A stretch of DNA of 63,093 nucleotides, the filler included, from Octopus bimaculoides (Eukaryota): assembly GCF_001194135.2 (NCBI RefSeq). It is 5 parts of 4 records of this genome, joined end to end, with 100 filler letters (N's around TTAATTAATTAA, not from the genome) between each part and the next. Parts side by side here need not be neighbours in the genome. Positions count along the whole stretch, not along the records: positions 12,397 to 32,404 come from NC_068996.1; 4 more parts are not named here. One strand, given 5' to 3'. Positions 12,417 to 24,215 of the stretch are shown in pieces; the first letter of the stretch is position 1; every line of letters starts with the position of its first letter. Below the pieces are notes generated by a model. The model ran no database searches. It worked only from the letters and a program-made list of their open reading frames with translations, and had not been told where the DNA came from. Made by a program: the position numbers and the translations under genes.

Positions 12417-12560
12417 TTGGGTCATCCCATAAATAATGCGGTTTTTTTCAATTGCATGAACTAAAATTCGGAGGGGGGCGGGATAAACAACTTGCATCAA
12501 CTTGCTATAAAAGCAGGTAGTAATTTTACCTTGTCCTTATTCTTAGCGCAAGTCTCTTGT
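12417..12560 (+). mobile_element. Probable mariner-like left end, truncated by the adjacent LINE
   Basis: TA-ATTGGGTCATCCCATAAATAATGCGG resembles mariner TIR starts. No partner TIR was found. Confidence 0.35.
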
Positions 12561-12919
12561 CTGAACGTTTTGCCAGTGTTTCCTGTGTCATTTGTTGTAT
12601 TGTTGCGGTGAGTTGAGGCTGTTTTGTGGTTGTTTTTGTTTAAAAACAACTGTCTATTGCTTCGTTGAAGCAGCTTTTTTTCAAGTTCCCCTTGCGCGGG
12701 AATTATTGTTATTGTTGAACTGTGCGGCTTTGAGCCAATTCTGTGAGATGTAAGCCCAATTTTTTCTGTGTTCGGCGTTTTGCCGTATATTATGCTCTGT
12801 AAAACTAACAACATGGAGTCACCATTGAATTCAATGGAGTCACCAAATCAATTAATCATTGATATGCCTATTTTCGTAACGGGTGAAGAGAAAAGTCGCC
12901 GGCGGTGTCGCCAAAAAAG

Positions 12920-14060
12920 TTAAACTTAGCCGAGGCAGCAGGAAAGAAGGAAAGAAACGGGTAAAAGTCACTTAAAAGAGACACGGATAAAAGTAACTTA
13001 AAAAGTTTATGTCAATGTTAAAAAAAGGGTGGACGGAAATACAAGTAACCCCTCCAACAGAAACAACCGAGCAAGTAAATAGAAAGAAAATTATCTACAA
13101 AACCTACAACGTGGAGGAGAAACGGATAGATAAATCTGAGGTAAAATTTATCGAAAAATGCCTTAAACCGATATGGTCGGATATAACGTACATGACTAGA
13201 GGCAAAATATTTGGAACGGTCGAGGTGAGGTTCACATCAGAGGAGGTGGCCAGGCGGCACTCTTCAGAAACTTTGAGAACCGAGGAGGTGGTTCTTCTTC
13301 CCATATATATGGGAAGAAGCACATCGAAAATAAAAATTACTAACATACCTCCGGAAATAGATGCTGCCTAGCTAGTGGCGGCTATAATAATGGACCCAGA
13401 AGAAAAAATAACTATTCTCCAGGCCACAGTGGTGGAGGAAGTAAATTGGAGTGGACAATGTTTGAACATGTTAATTCAAGCAGAAGTCCCTACGCTGGAA
13501 GAAATTCCAGAAATAATAAACATCGGAGAGGAGAGGTTGATCGTCTTCGTGGAAGGCAGGAAGCCTAGATGCTTTAACTACGGGTTAAAGGGCCATATAA
13601 GGTCCGAATACAAACCCGCAAAAAAGTGCAGGAAAAAAAGGAAGGAAAAGGAACAACAACAGTGGAAACGTCACCTATATCAGCAGAGACGACACCAACC
13701 CATCAAAACAAGAGGAAGAGTGCGACGATAAAGAAAAAGGAGGGGTGGTCGACGGTTTTTAAAAAGAAGAAGGAAAAAAGCACAGACCGTCCTTACCACA
13801 CTGAAAATAGGGGGGAAAAACGAAAAAGAAAAAGTCATCAACAATAGGGCCATTAAGGCATCCAACGACAGATTGATTAACCGTCCAACGAGTAGAAAAA
13901 ACGTCATCGAAAAACTTTCTCATTTACAGGATAGGCCGCAAGGATTACGGACGGATTAAGTCCGAATTTCTTCACGACATGGGCCCTCTAAGGATGGACT
14001 ATTCTCCATACATTTACGAGGGCCTATGTAAAAAAAAAAAGAAGAGGAAGGTGAATCTTC
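12920..14060 (+). pseudogene. LINE ORF1 (gag-like, CCHC zinc knuckle), disrupted
   Basis: TYMTRGKIFGTVEVRFTSEEVA...LLPIYMGR...IPPEIDAA*LVAAII...VEGRKPRCFNYGLKGHIRSEY is a CX2CX4HX4C knuckle with two Cys-to-Tyr changes. A Lys/Glu-rich tail follows; there is an in-frame stop at about 13369. Confidence 0.75.
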
Positions 14061-14086
14061 CTCGAACCACTGACGTGGGGTAAGTC

Positions 14087-14606
14087 ATGTCTAGCATTCA
14101 TGTAGATTGTATAAATGTCTGTGGCATGGTGTCAAGCTGGAAGCTAAGTCGCTTCCTTAATGACATCAGGTCGCGTAATTTGAATGCTATTGTTGCTACA
14201 GAAACCCGGTTAATAGCTCCAAGAAATCTGCTCCCGCTGTTGGATGGTTACGAGAGTTTTTTTCTCTCCGGCTGTCCTTCTAAAAGAAACCAGGTTTCTG
14301 AGAAAAAGTTAATTTTTTTCAGATCCAGAAGGTAAGCTGGTCGTCATAGACTTGACGTTCAGTCACGGTAAGATTATCAGACTGGTTGCAATTTATGAAC
14401 CCACGACAACTGGGCAAAGCGAGTATGTTCAGAATCTGGAGAAGTTTCTCGGTACATCACATTCTTTAGTTGTGCTAGGAGACTATAATACAATCTGCGA
14501 CGCACGCGTAGATTATATTGGCTCGTGTACAGATAGAAAAGGTAATCCTTGCTTCCAGGAACTGCTATGCCACTTCGATTTCGCGTTGAATATTGCCATT
14601 GGATAA
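14087..14606 (+). pseudogene. LINE ORF2 APE-type endonuclease N-terminus, frameshifted
   Basis: CINVCG (SxNVxG-like), ATETRL, RLVAIYEP (IYAP-like) and VVLGDYN (GDFN) motifs occur in the canonical order. Confidence 0.85.
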
Positions 14607-16089
14607 TATTGATGGCTCTTCGGAAGAGTTATCAGTATTGTCTAATGACAATATCACCGGTTAGATTCTGATCAAGCATATGCCATAAGCAGCAATGCAT
14701 TGTTTGATGATATAAATATATAACCGCCCAGTTACTTTTGTTTCTGACTTATGGACAGCTAAGTTTGTATATCTGTTTGTGGAAAGAATAGTTAGCGTTA
14801 TCCATTTAAAATTCTGTTAGAAATTCAACAACCAAAATATTCTTCTCTTTTAATTGTAGATCATAGCACAGATGTTTTTGTTATTGAAAAATGTTTAATT
14901 CAGGACAACAGCTAATGAAAACTACGAGTCAGTTTTCGGAAGAATTTGAAAAATCGGATTCGTGCAATACAGAATCCATTATAAATTCGTGTCATGTTTA
15001 CTTTAGGTAGTACATCTATAGTGATAAGAAACACAATAAAGTATCCATTCGGCTCGAAGAAAAAAGAAAGGATTAGCAAAAAATTATTTATACTTGGAAT
15101 ATTGTAATACTATTCCAATACTGAAAGAAAGAGGTCATTTTATACAATTTGTTGGAGCTCATCAGTTTGAAATAAAAGCAAAAATTGAAGAAATAGTCAC
15201 TATAACATTTTTGCTCTTAGTAGGGTACAATGGTTAATCAGCATACCAGGTTCTCAAAACATTAGTACGAAATTGAGGGAAATGGAAATAATGATCCGAT
15301 CGTTACAGAAAAATTTCCGATAATGTTTAACGAAATCAAATTTTCATAGTAAATTATATTTTTCATGATTTAGCTAAATGATGCAATGTTACCCCCCAAA
15401 AAACAGTTTAATCTCTCTTAAATGAATGTCATTAAGCAGCAAAATTGAGAAAAAGTACTCGATAAGAAGTCAATAACTTCTGAAAACAAGACGTTGAGAT
15501 AAAGGATCAGTCGAACATGTTTTCTTGTAATGTAAACGTTCGGGGGAATGTTCTATTGCAAATGAGCTCGAAGTGGAAGTCTGCATTTGATTTTTCTGCT
15601 TTTAGATCAGAAGAATGTCGATACACCATAATTTTGATTCTTCGACAGAGTAATGAATTTTAATGGAAAAATACAAAAAGATTGTAATGACCTTAATTGT
15701 GTATGTCAATATGATAACTTCAGATATTGAATAACCTCAAAATTTAATACAGAATCCTTGAAAATACTTCAATAAATATATTGGTTTCCATCATCGGAGA
15801 AAATTATCGTTTCTTGATGTACATACATGCATGCATACATGCATGCATACATACATACATACATACATACATACATACATACATACATACATACATACAT
15901 ACATACATACATGCATGCACGCATATTCCAGTCTTAGTATTTAACCACGATCCCAAATAAACTTCAGGCAAGCGACAAAGTTTCGATTTTTTTGCATAAA
16001 ACTGAGCTGTTTGATTTATCAAAGTCTGCTTATTACCTTCCTTGTGAAAGAAACAACACCAGAACAGAATATCTGATACTAAGAGGTAA

Positions 16090-16430
16090 GGTTTTCTTCT
16101 TTTCTCTTTTATTCTTTTACTTCTTTTAGTCATTGAACTGTGGCCATGCTGGGGCACTCTGTTGAAGGGCTACAGTTGACTAAATTGGTCCCAGGATTTA
16201 TTTTATGTCTGTTACTTTATTGTAAATCGGATCTTTTGCTGAACCGATATATTAAGTGGGGTGTAAACAGACCAACACCGACTTCTGCACAGTTCATATC
16301 CACCAAATTGATTCATGAGTCATTGCGTGACTATAGCAGAAAACAGAAACACTTGTCCAAGATGTCGTCGCTCAGTGGGACTACACCCGAAACGACGTGA
16401 TTGCAAAGTCAACTTCTTTACTACAAAGCC
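16090..16430 (-). mobile_element. SINE S1, degenerate
   Basis: TAGTCATTGAACTGTGGCCATGCTGGGGCAC tail and GGACTACACCCGAAACGACGTG head, on the reverse strand. Confidence 0.6.
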
Positions 16431-17619
16431 GTGCCTGTAATATACGAATTTCATTTGAAGTATTTAAATTCAAGTCTGAAGATTAGATACTGGTCGTCAG
16501 ACTTGAATATAAATAAATTGATTTCAGAACAGAATACATAGAGGGTTAATGAAAGATAACCATTCTACACGGGATGACATTAGTTTGTGTTTAGAGTTTA
16601 AGTGACAACAGCCGTAGAGCGAAAATGTAAGCATCTCGTTAATAGTGACCCATGACTCAATTTCAATTTCCGAACGATATAAATTTACTTGGTTTACATT
16701 GTTAATGTCGTGAATGTCTCTGTATATCATATCTATTTTCTCCTAAAACAATTGCGTCTTTGTTTGCTGTCAATCTGAAACCTAACTCTAGTATTGTAAT
16801 CCAACTCGATGAATGTTACATCTACAAGAGCATCTAGTATAGCGATAGAAGAGTAACTAGAACAATAACTCAATGCATACGCAAGCCGGGAGAGACTATG
16901 TAGTAGGTCGATCGCCTGGAAATAACTAAATTTCCATCAAATCACACTTACATCCTTAAGAGAAAATATTTGTAAAATGTCCTAAATACACTGTCTGAAT
17001 AATAAAAAAAACGTGGAACTCTCATGGGCTGAATACCTTTGATTATACGAGGACTGGGTCGAAAGTAATGCAAAAATGGGCATTTTTCATTCAAATTGCG
17101 TATGTTGTTATTGTAACTTTTCTTCTAAACTAAGGTACTAATCACCATAATCTACACTAGAAGTGATGCCTTTTCGCTATCATTGAACTCATCCTTAGAA
17201 TCTTGTTTGAAAAAATCTTTATGTACACTGCTGTGCCCGTTTCTTAACTGACAGTTTCGCCTCATCTGTGTCATAAAACCGTTGGCCCCATCAAAACTGT
17301 CCTTCATTGGACCGGACAGGTAGAAGCCGGAGGGCGCCAAATCCGAGCAGTGCGGTGGATACAGGACACATGATCTGCCCTGCTTGCTGGTTGTTTGATT
17401 TGCTACCAAAGACTTGTGCGGTTGCACATTGTCATGGTGAATATGATGCGTTTTCAGATTATTTTTGTCCTAATGGCTTCTCTAAGTTGTTTAAATGTAT
17501 CAATGTACAGCTCACTATTTGTGGTACAACTACGTTCCTGAAATCAAAAAGATTGATGCCTTTGTCATCCGAAAAATAGCAACCATAACGTTCTGTGCTG
17601 ATCGCTGATTCTTGAGCTT

Positions 17620-17709
17620 ATGCCATAGAGAAGAGCCTAGTAGTTATCAAGCGGTGGTGGGGGACAAACACATACACAAAGACACACACACATAAATATA
17701 TGTGTGTAT

Positions 17710-17786
<77 letters not shown>

Positions 17787-18090
17787 TANNNNNNNNNNNN
17801 NNNNNNNNNNNNNNNNNNNNNNNNNNNNNNNNNNNNNNNNNNNNNNNNNNNNNNNNNNNNNNNNNNNNNNNNNNNNNNNNNNNNNNNNNNNNNNNNNNNN
17901 NNNNNNNNNNNNNNNNNNNNNNNNNNNNNNNNNNNNNNNNNNNNNNNNNNNNNNNNNNNNNNNNNNNNNNNNNNNNNNNNNNNNNNNNNNNNNNNNNNNN
18001 NNNNNNNNNNNNNNNNNNNNNNNNNNNNNNNNNNNNNNNNNNNNNNNNNNNNNNNNNNNNNNNNNGTGTGTGTGTGTGTGTGTGTGTGTG
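17620..18090 (-). mobile_element. SINE S1 segment plus (CA)/(TA) microsatellites and N gap, nested in mariner
   Basis: TATCAAGCGGTGGTGGGGGACAAACAC matches the S1 tail. The transposase reading continues on both sides. Confidence 0.6.
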
Positions 18091-18362
18091 ATAAAAACAA
18101 GGCCACGCCTTATTCGCTGTCACCAGATCGGAAAAATCGTGTCTTCATTGGCTTTAAACGCTTCCAGCAGATGAAGTCAAATTCTCCACCCTTTTCTCCT
18201 TCAAATCGAGTGTCAAACTGCCAAGATACCCACTTTGCACACACTTTCTGCTTCCCAATCTCTTACACCGTCTTCTTCCATGCATTGTGACCATAGTTAT
18301 GCAGCAAACTTGCGGATTGTGACTTATCTGTCCGAGCAAATCAATTTGTCTACTCACTAGCA

Positions 18363-18495
18363 GTTTGTAAGCCTAGTACTTATTCTATCGGATCTTTTTT
18401 TTGCCGAACCGCTAAGTGACGGAGACATAAACACACCAGCATCGGTTGTCAAGCGATGTTCGGAGGACAAAGACACACAAACACACATATATATA
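18363..18495 (-). mobile_element. SINE S1 internal fragment flanked by a 58-bp duplication of mariner sequence
   Basis: GTAAGCCTAGTACTTATTCTATCGG...GAACCGCTAAG...CAGCATCGGTTGTCAAGCGATG. The flanks 18311-18368 and 18496-18553 differ at one base. Confidence 0.75.
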
Positions 18496-20459
18496 TGCGG
18501 ATTGTGACTTATCTGTCCGAGCAAATCAATTTGTCTACTCACTAGCAATTTGTGGCATTGGTCGCAGTTGATAGTTTCCTATTGTGTAGTTTACCTCCTG
18601 TGCTGATTTCCACTTCTTTAATACATCTCTACTCATTGCTCTAATCATTGGAGCCATTTGTGTAAACAATCTGTAGTGTTCTGGGGATGTCGGACAGTAT
18701 GCACCCCCACCCCTTTGTCAAGAACTCAATGACAACCTTGTTGTTTTTGCTTGGAACCCGTTACTGCTATTTGCTTGCAATGGAGAAGAGTTACTCCACG
18801 AATGTTCACTTTAAACGATTTATGTCAGTTCATAAAAGAATGTTATGTTCACTCTAGCATTATTTTCAGAACAAGCCGACCTGGGATCAACGAACAACAA
18901 CAAAAATTAAAACAATAACATATCATGACATCTTGCTGAAATAATCGTTTCACCTTCTCAATCAGCTTTCATATATTTATTCCGAGATTGCAATAGCCAA
19001 AGATTAACAACTATGTTCTTATCCACATAATCAGCACAGAAATAATCAGCACAGAACAAATGCAGACAGATTCATCAGGTACATAGAACTGCATTCATTT
19101 TACAGATAGAACAGCTTTCCACCCGGTAGCCGAATATTTTTGTGGCAACCAGAAACTGAACGAACTTAAGAATTTAACATCAACTTCTCTCTCTCTCTCT
19201 CGCTCTCTCTTTCTCGTCATTCCTAAAGTGCTCTTGTAGCACGCTCGTTCACCATCTTGAGTGTGTCTATGTCATTGTGTTAGATAATCTCTGGACCTTT
19301 ACTGGATCGTTTGTCCATTTTTATTTCGGCAAAATACAACTAGAACGAACACACTACCGCCTCCCTACTCAAATATGTAATTATGCCCATCAGACTGAAG
19401 GCCAAACTTGCACCTTTTCATGCTGCAAAGCTAGAGAAGTAGAATAAGAAACTCAACAAAAAACATTCTAGACATACCAGGCACCATGTTGTTTTCAGCA
19501 GTAATTTCATATTTTATCCAATCACAATGCATTGGTACATTAAATTTAACCATAAATTAGTAACCTTTTATAAATATCTCATTTTAAGGAAGTCTAACAT
19601 CGCCCACGAATAATAAAATCACAATGTCTGGTAAAGATCAGACTAACTTTTACCTCTAAACTGAGGTTGTTAATAATTGCTAGTTCATAATATTAGGTAA
19701 ACTCTATGTGTGAAGACAATATTGGCGACACTAATATTTATTTGAGTTTACATGTTTTTTTTTTATTAACTCGCATCGTTTGTATTTACATATGCACATA
19801 TATTTGATTTAATGGAACAACATTTAATAATATTACGTAAGTAGTTCGTAATTATTGAAGATGGAATTAGTCGGAACTAAAACTGCTGGATGTAAGTAAT
19901 ATACGCATTATTTCACATTATAACTCAAGGCTGGTACTTTTTGTCAGATATGACACAAACATGTTAAGCAGTAAATGGTAAAAGAAGACAAAAGACCAAT
20001 TCACAGAGCAAAGTGACATAGTTCCTTGTGGAATGCTAAGTAGCTCTGGTCTGAGGTTGAATTCTCCACTTTTTTATAATTATATGCAAAAGTTTTCAGA
20101 GCCTTTGATCAAGTTATTTAGCTGGAAAACTTGCATGCTTCCTTTGAAGTTCGCAACATCAACCATAACGAGTCAGTCAATGCTGATTGGTTGATCCATA
20201 ATAGCATAGGTGTTAATGCTTTTGTGGCGACGCAATGCCTTTTACGGCGATATGCTGGGATATGATCTTGAACAGGAAAAATCTGAAAGTGACGGTTCAA
20301 AATTTAACAGGACCCTCATTATACCTTCACGTCACCTACCTATTAGTGGAGGCGCGTATCATAGTGTTTAGGGTGTTGGACTCATGATTGTAAGATTGCC
20401 GTTTCGATTCCTGGACCGGGTGACGTGTTGTTCTTGAGCAAAACATTTCATTTCACATT

Positions 20460-20712
20460 ATCTACATTTGACGGATATTCGTCCTCATCTTGTTTGTTGT
20501 TAACACAACGTTTCGGCTGATATACCCTCCAGCCTTCGTCAGGTGTCTTGGGGAAATTTCGAACCTGAGTTCTCATTCCTATCGATGTTACTATTATTAT
20601 TATTATTATTATTATATTATTATTATTATTATTAATCAGGTCGCTGCCGTGAATCGAATGTAGATAATGTAAATAATGTAAATAATTCCTCATCTCTTAA
20701 ATATAGAACTGT
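20460..20712. mobile_element. Penelope-like fold-back insertion (family A: head fragment + (AAT)n + hammerhead tail)
   Basis: The minus part 20460-20657 is followed by the plus-strand 3' end (ending TAAATATAGAACTGT). The 15-bp TSD ATTTCATTTCACATT lies at 20445-20459 and 20713-20727. Confidence 0.8.
20502..20547 (-). ncRNA. Minimal type-I hammerhead ribozyme motif (family A, CUGACGA)
   Basis: GACAC-CUGACGA-A-GGCUG-loop-CAGCC-GAAAC-GUU|GUGUU, with all stems intact. Confidence 0.75.
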
Positions 20713-21198
20713 ATTTCATTTCACATTGCTCCAGTTCACTCAGCTNNNNNNNNNNNNNNNNNNNNNNNNNNNNNNNNNNNNNNNNNNNNNNNNNNNNNNN
20801 NNNNNNNNNNNNNNNNNNNNNNNNNNNNNNNNNNNNNNNNNNNNNNNNNNNNNNNNNNNNNNNNNNNNNNNNNNNNNNNNNNNNNNNNNNNNNNNNNNNN
20901 NNNNNNNNNNNNNNNNNNNNNNNNNNNNNNNNNNNNNNNNNNNNNNNNNNNNNNNNNNNNNNNNNNNNNNNNNNNNNNNNNNNNNNNNNNNNNNNNNNNN
21001 NNNNNNNNNNNNNNNNNNNNNNNNNNNNNNNNNNNNNNNNNNNNNNNNNNNNNNNNNNNNNNNNNNNNNNNNNNNNNNNNNNNNNNNNNNNNNNNNNNNN
21101 NNNNNNNNNNNNNNNNNNNNNNNNNNNNNNNNNNNNNNNNNNNNNNNNNNNNNNNNNNNNNNNNNNNNATTATTATTATTATTATTATTATTATTATT

Positions 21199-21274
21199 GT
21201 TCAGGTCACTGCTTGGGATCGAACTCGGAATCTTGGGGTTAGTAACCTGCGCTCTTAACCACTACGCCATATGC
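21199..21274 (-). mobile_element. tRNA-like SINE head followed by (AAT)n
   Basis: GCATATGGCGTAGTGGTTAAGAGCGCAGG...GAGTTCGATCCCAAGCAGTGACCTGAAC has A-box TGGCGTAGTGG and B-box GTTCGATCCC. There is no intact cloverleaf, so it is not called a tRNA gene. Confidence 0.7.
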
Positions 21275-21283
21275 GTAATATGC

Positions 21284-21343
<60 letters not shown>

Positions 21344-21361
21344 TCAAAAAATACTGCCCAA

Positions 21362-21407
21362 GACACCTGAAGAAGGTTGGAGGGTATATCAGCTGAAACG
21401 TTGTGTT
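21362..21407 (+). ncRNA. Minimal type-I hammerhead ribozyme motif (family A, CUGAAGA) in tail 21340-21480
   Basis: GACAC-CUGAAGA-A-GGUUG-loop-CAGCU-GAAAC-GUU|GUGUU. Stem II is held by two G-U wobbles, including G10.1-U11.1. Confidence 0.6.
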
Positions 21408-22055
21408 AACAACAAACAAGATGAGGACAAATATCCGTCGAATGTAAATAATGTAAATAATGTAAATAATGTAAATAATGATTTGTTTTTGTTTTTTAGC
21501 TGTCAGTTTTGCCTTTGATTTTAAGCATTATTCAACTGGGTTCACTTCCCTTTGATACAGATACATTTATCTTCCTTGTTTCCCTTCCGTGCTGTGTTAC
21601 ACATCGACCCGTCTTTGAGTGATTCCAAAGATATTGTGCTCATCATATCAAATGTGAGCATGTAGTAGTACATCTCTCTCAGAAATCAAAATTCCAGAAA
21701 CTCTATTTTATTGGAGTTTCGATTAGCCAGCAATGGCATATTTAGTAATAAAATAATTGCAAGTGCTAACCGCCAATACAAACAGATAGATACCGCTTTT
21801 AAACATTTATTCAACCCAATGATATTTCGTGACGAGTCTGTGACAAGTTTTCGGCAAACATCGTAGAGCTACTGTTGTCCGTTGCAGTTAGACATCAGAA
21901 GTAGCATAAAGAACATTAAGTAATTTCTTTTATAAATTACTTTGCTTCTAAACCTCTTTTCAGAGATCACCCTCAATACAGCCGGTGGTTATGCCTCTCG
22001 TCAACTTTGATAAAGATGATTCTCCCACATTCATAGTCAATCTCATCTCTTTCTC

Positions 22056-22096
22056 CCCTTCCCCTCCTTCCTCTCTCTGTCTCTGTCTCTCTCTCG

Positions 22097-22127
<31 letters not shown>

Positions 22128-22137
22128 TCTCTGTCTC

Positions 22138-22220
<83 letters not shown>
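22056..22220. repeat. (CT)n / (CTCTGT) microsatellite
   Basis: Direct reading. Confidence 0.95.
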
Positions 22221-22221
<1 letters not shown>

Positions 22222-23399
22222 ATGTTGGCTCAAGATTTGTTGTGATCTGACAGTCCTGTTAGCGTGTCTTAATTTCTTGCATCATCATAGTTTCTCTCTC
22301 TTTCTTTTCCACTCTCTCTTCTTCCCTCTACTTCTCTCTTTCACTCACTCTTTCCCATCATTCTCTCTCCCACTCTTTTTCTTTCCCCTACTCACTCTCC
22401 CCCACTTTCTCTCTCCCTCTCTCTTTCTTTCTGTCCATTAAACTTTTTCGTGTTTAACCTAATAAACGCTTTAAAAAATTTACTCTATTACTCTATATTT
22501 ACTGACGTTAGATTCTTTCCTAACACTAACAACCAATTAACATTAATTCTAAATCAACCAAGGTGGAGCCCCTTACGAATCGCTCGAACTGCTGCTAGAG
22601 AAAGCAGCCAAATCTCCCTAAAAATATTATGTAATTATAGACCTAGATTTGTCTTACTAATGCCAATGTCAAAACCCGACGTTTGTGCCAAATTTTGCTG
22701 TACAGAGCGTCAACATTCCGACAAAACTTTATGTAGATATATTTGCCAACGCTGTCCTCTCTATGTTTATTATAATGAGTGATCACGGCTGGATTGTCTT
22801 TGATCATAGGCCTGTCTGCACGATCAGGATTGACCCGGGGTTAAATGACAACAACAGTCTAAAATGGTTCGCTGTTGAATGTTATTTCTCTCACTACACT
22901 CATCAATTGCACGTTATTGCGATAATCGTATGTTTCTGATTAACAATTAACTCTCTCATTGCTAGAACTAAATACAACTAAATACAACTCCATTCGAATG
23001 TGCCTGTCCTTGTGATGCGTAGAAAGTTGATCTTTAACATAAGTGATAACGCCCGCTATAGGTTGGTTTGACATTTGCAATGAGAACAGCAAAAATTGGA
23101 TAAGATCATATTCAAAAAGTCAAAATCTATTTTTAAAAATGTTACATAAAACCTGAAATTTTCATGAGAAAAGTGACTAATCATCTAGTTTATCTAGTTC
23201 CGGAAATTGGCCTTTCTCGGTTCAAATCTCGTCGATGTCACCTGTGCCTTTCAACCACCCGAAGTCGAGTACCAGTCAAATATCGGAATCGAGTTAAGCC
23301 ACAGAATACAGTTAAGGACAAAATCGCACGAATTATCTTAGTGTGCTTGTATTTTAAGGGAAGATGGGGATGTTAACTTCCAGCACAATATTCCTTTAA

Positions 23400-24124
23400 G
23401 GAGCAACGAGGCCAGAAGTTGTAAACTTTGCCAAAAACAAAAAAAAAGTAAGAAGGTAAACGATTCACATAAAAGCAAAAATTAACAGGACATACATATA
23501 TACAATGCATTAAAAGTCAGATTGAACCTTGCTTGCTTGCAATGTTACTCAGCCAAACTGGTGCATAACGGGAAAATACTATGAATTAAGTTCCCCACTG
23601 AAATGAGATCTAGTTAAACTGATTCACAAAATATGCATTTTTTAAAAGAAAGTAAAAATCTGAAAATCGGCTACAAAATGTAGTTTTTCAGTTTTATTGC
23701 TATGATGGTATGATGCTATGAAGAAAAAAAAATGGAGGAAAAAGTTACAGAGATTTAAAAATCAAAAACATTGTGTATTTTTAGCCAAAAGCGAGACAAA
23801 TTTTGTGCGGTTAGCGGAGTGGTGACAACTTTAAGGTTGTACCCTGTGAAATTTATAGTTTAGCCTCTGTGAAATAACCTGTAGGTTTCTAAATAAACAG
23901 AAATACCTAATAAAATCAACATGTATCATCTTACTGTTTCTTTTATCTCTTCATTGATTGTATGTTTCTATTATTTTTTTTAATTTGTTATATTAATATA
24001 TTTGTCTGCATGTGTTAACTTTATCCGTACTTCAGTATTATATATGCCTGTCATGTAGTTGTGTACTTCATTAATATATAAGTGTGTGTGTGTGTGTGTG
24101 TGTCCGTGCGTGTGTGTGTGTGTG

Positions 24125-24215
<91 letters not shown>

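Larger units (their letters stand above)
12561..14610 (+). mobile_element. Tx1/L1-like LINE, 5' half (5'UTR, ORF1, APE endonuclease), 3'-truncated
   Basis: A T/G-rich 5'UTR precedes ORF1 fragments with a zinc knuckle, followed directly by an ORF2 endonuclease N-terminus. No RT is present downstream. Confidence 0.8.
17046..18973 (-). mobile_element. Near-complete decayed mariner transposon with two nested SINE insertions
   Basis: Minus-strand peptides occur in the correct order: VVIEFLTK (about 18730), VDKLICSDR*VTIR, KVCAKWV (about 18235), VTANKAW (VTGDETW-like, about 18115), TNSELYIDTFKQLREAIR, HHDNVQPH and YPPHCSDLAPSGFYLSGPMK. TIR TACGAGGACTGGGTCGAAAGT lies at 17046; the left TIR near 18973 is weak. 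Length minus insertions is about 1.3 kb. Confidence 0.85.
20349..20745 (+). mobile_element. tRNA-derived SINE (host), split by the 20460-20712 insertion
   Basis: Head GGAGGCGCG...GTTTCGATTCC is followed by TTGAGCAAAACATTTCATTTCACATT; the sequence resumes GCTCCAGTTCACTCAGCT after the insertion. Confidence 0.65.

Noticed and set aside
21199-21274. tRNA gene
   Set aside because: A and B boxes are present, but the anticodon and acceptor stems do not pair, and it runs into (AAT)n like a SINE head.
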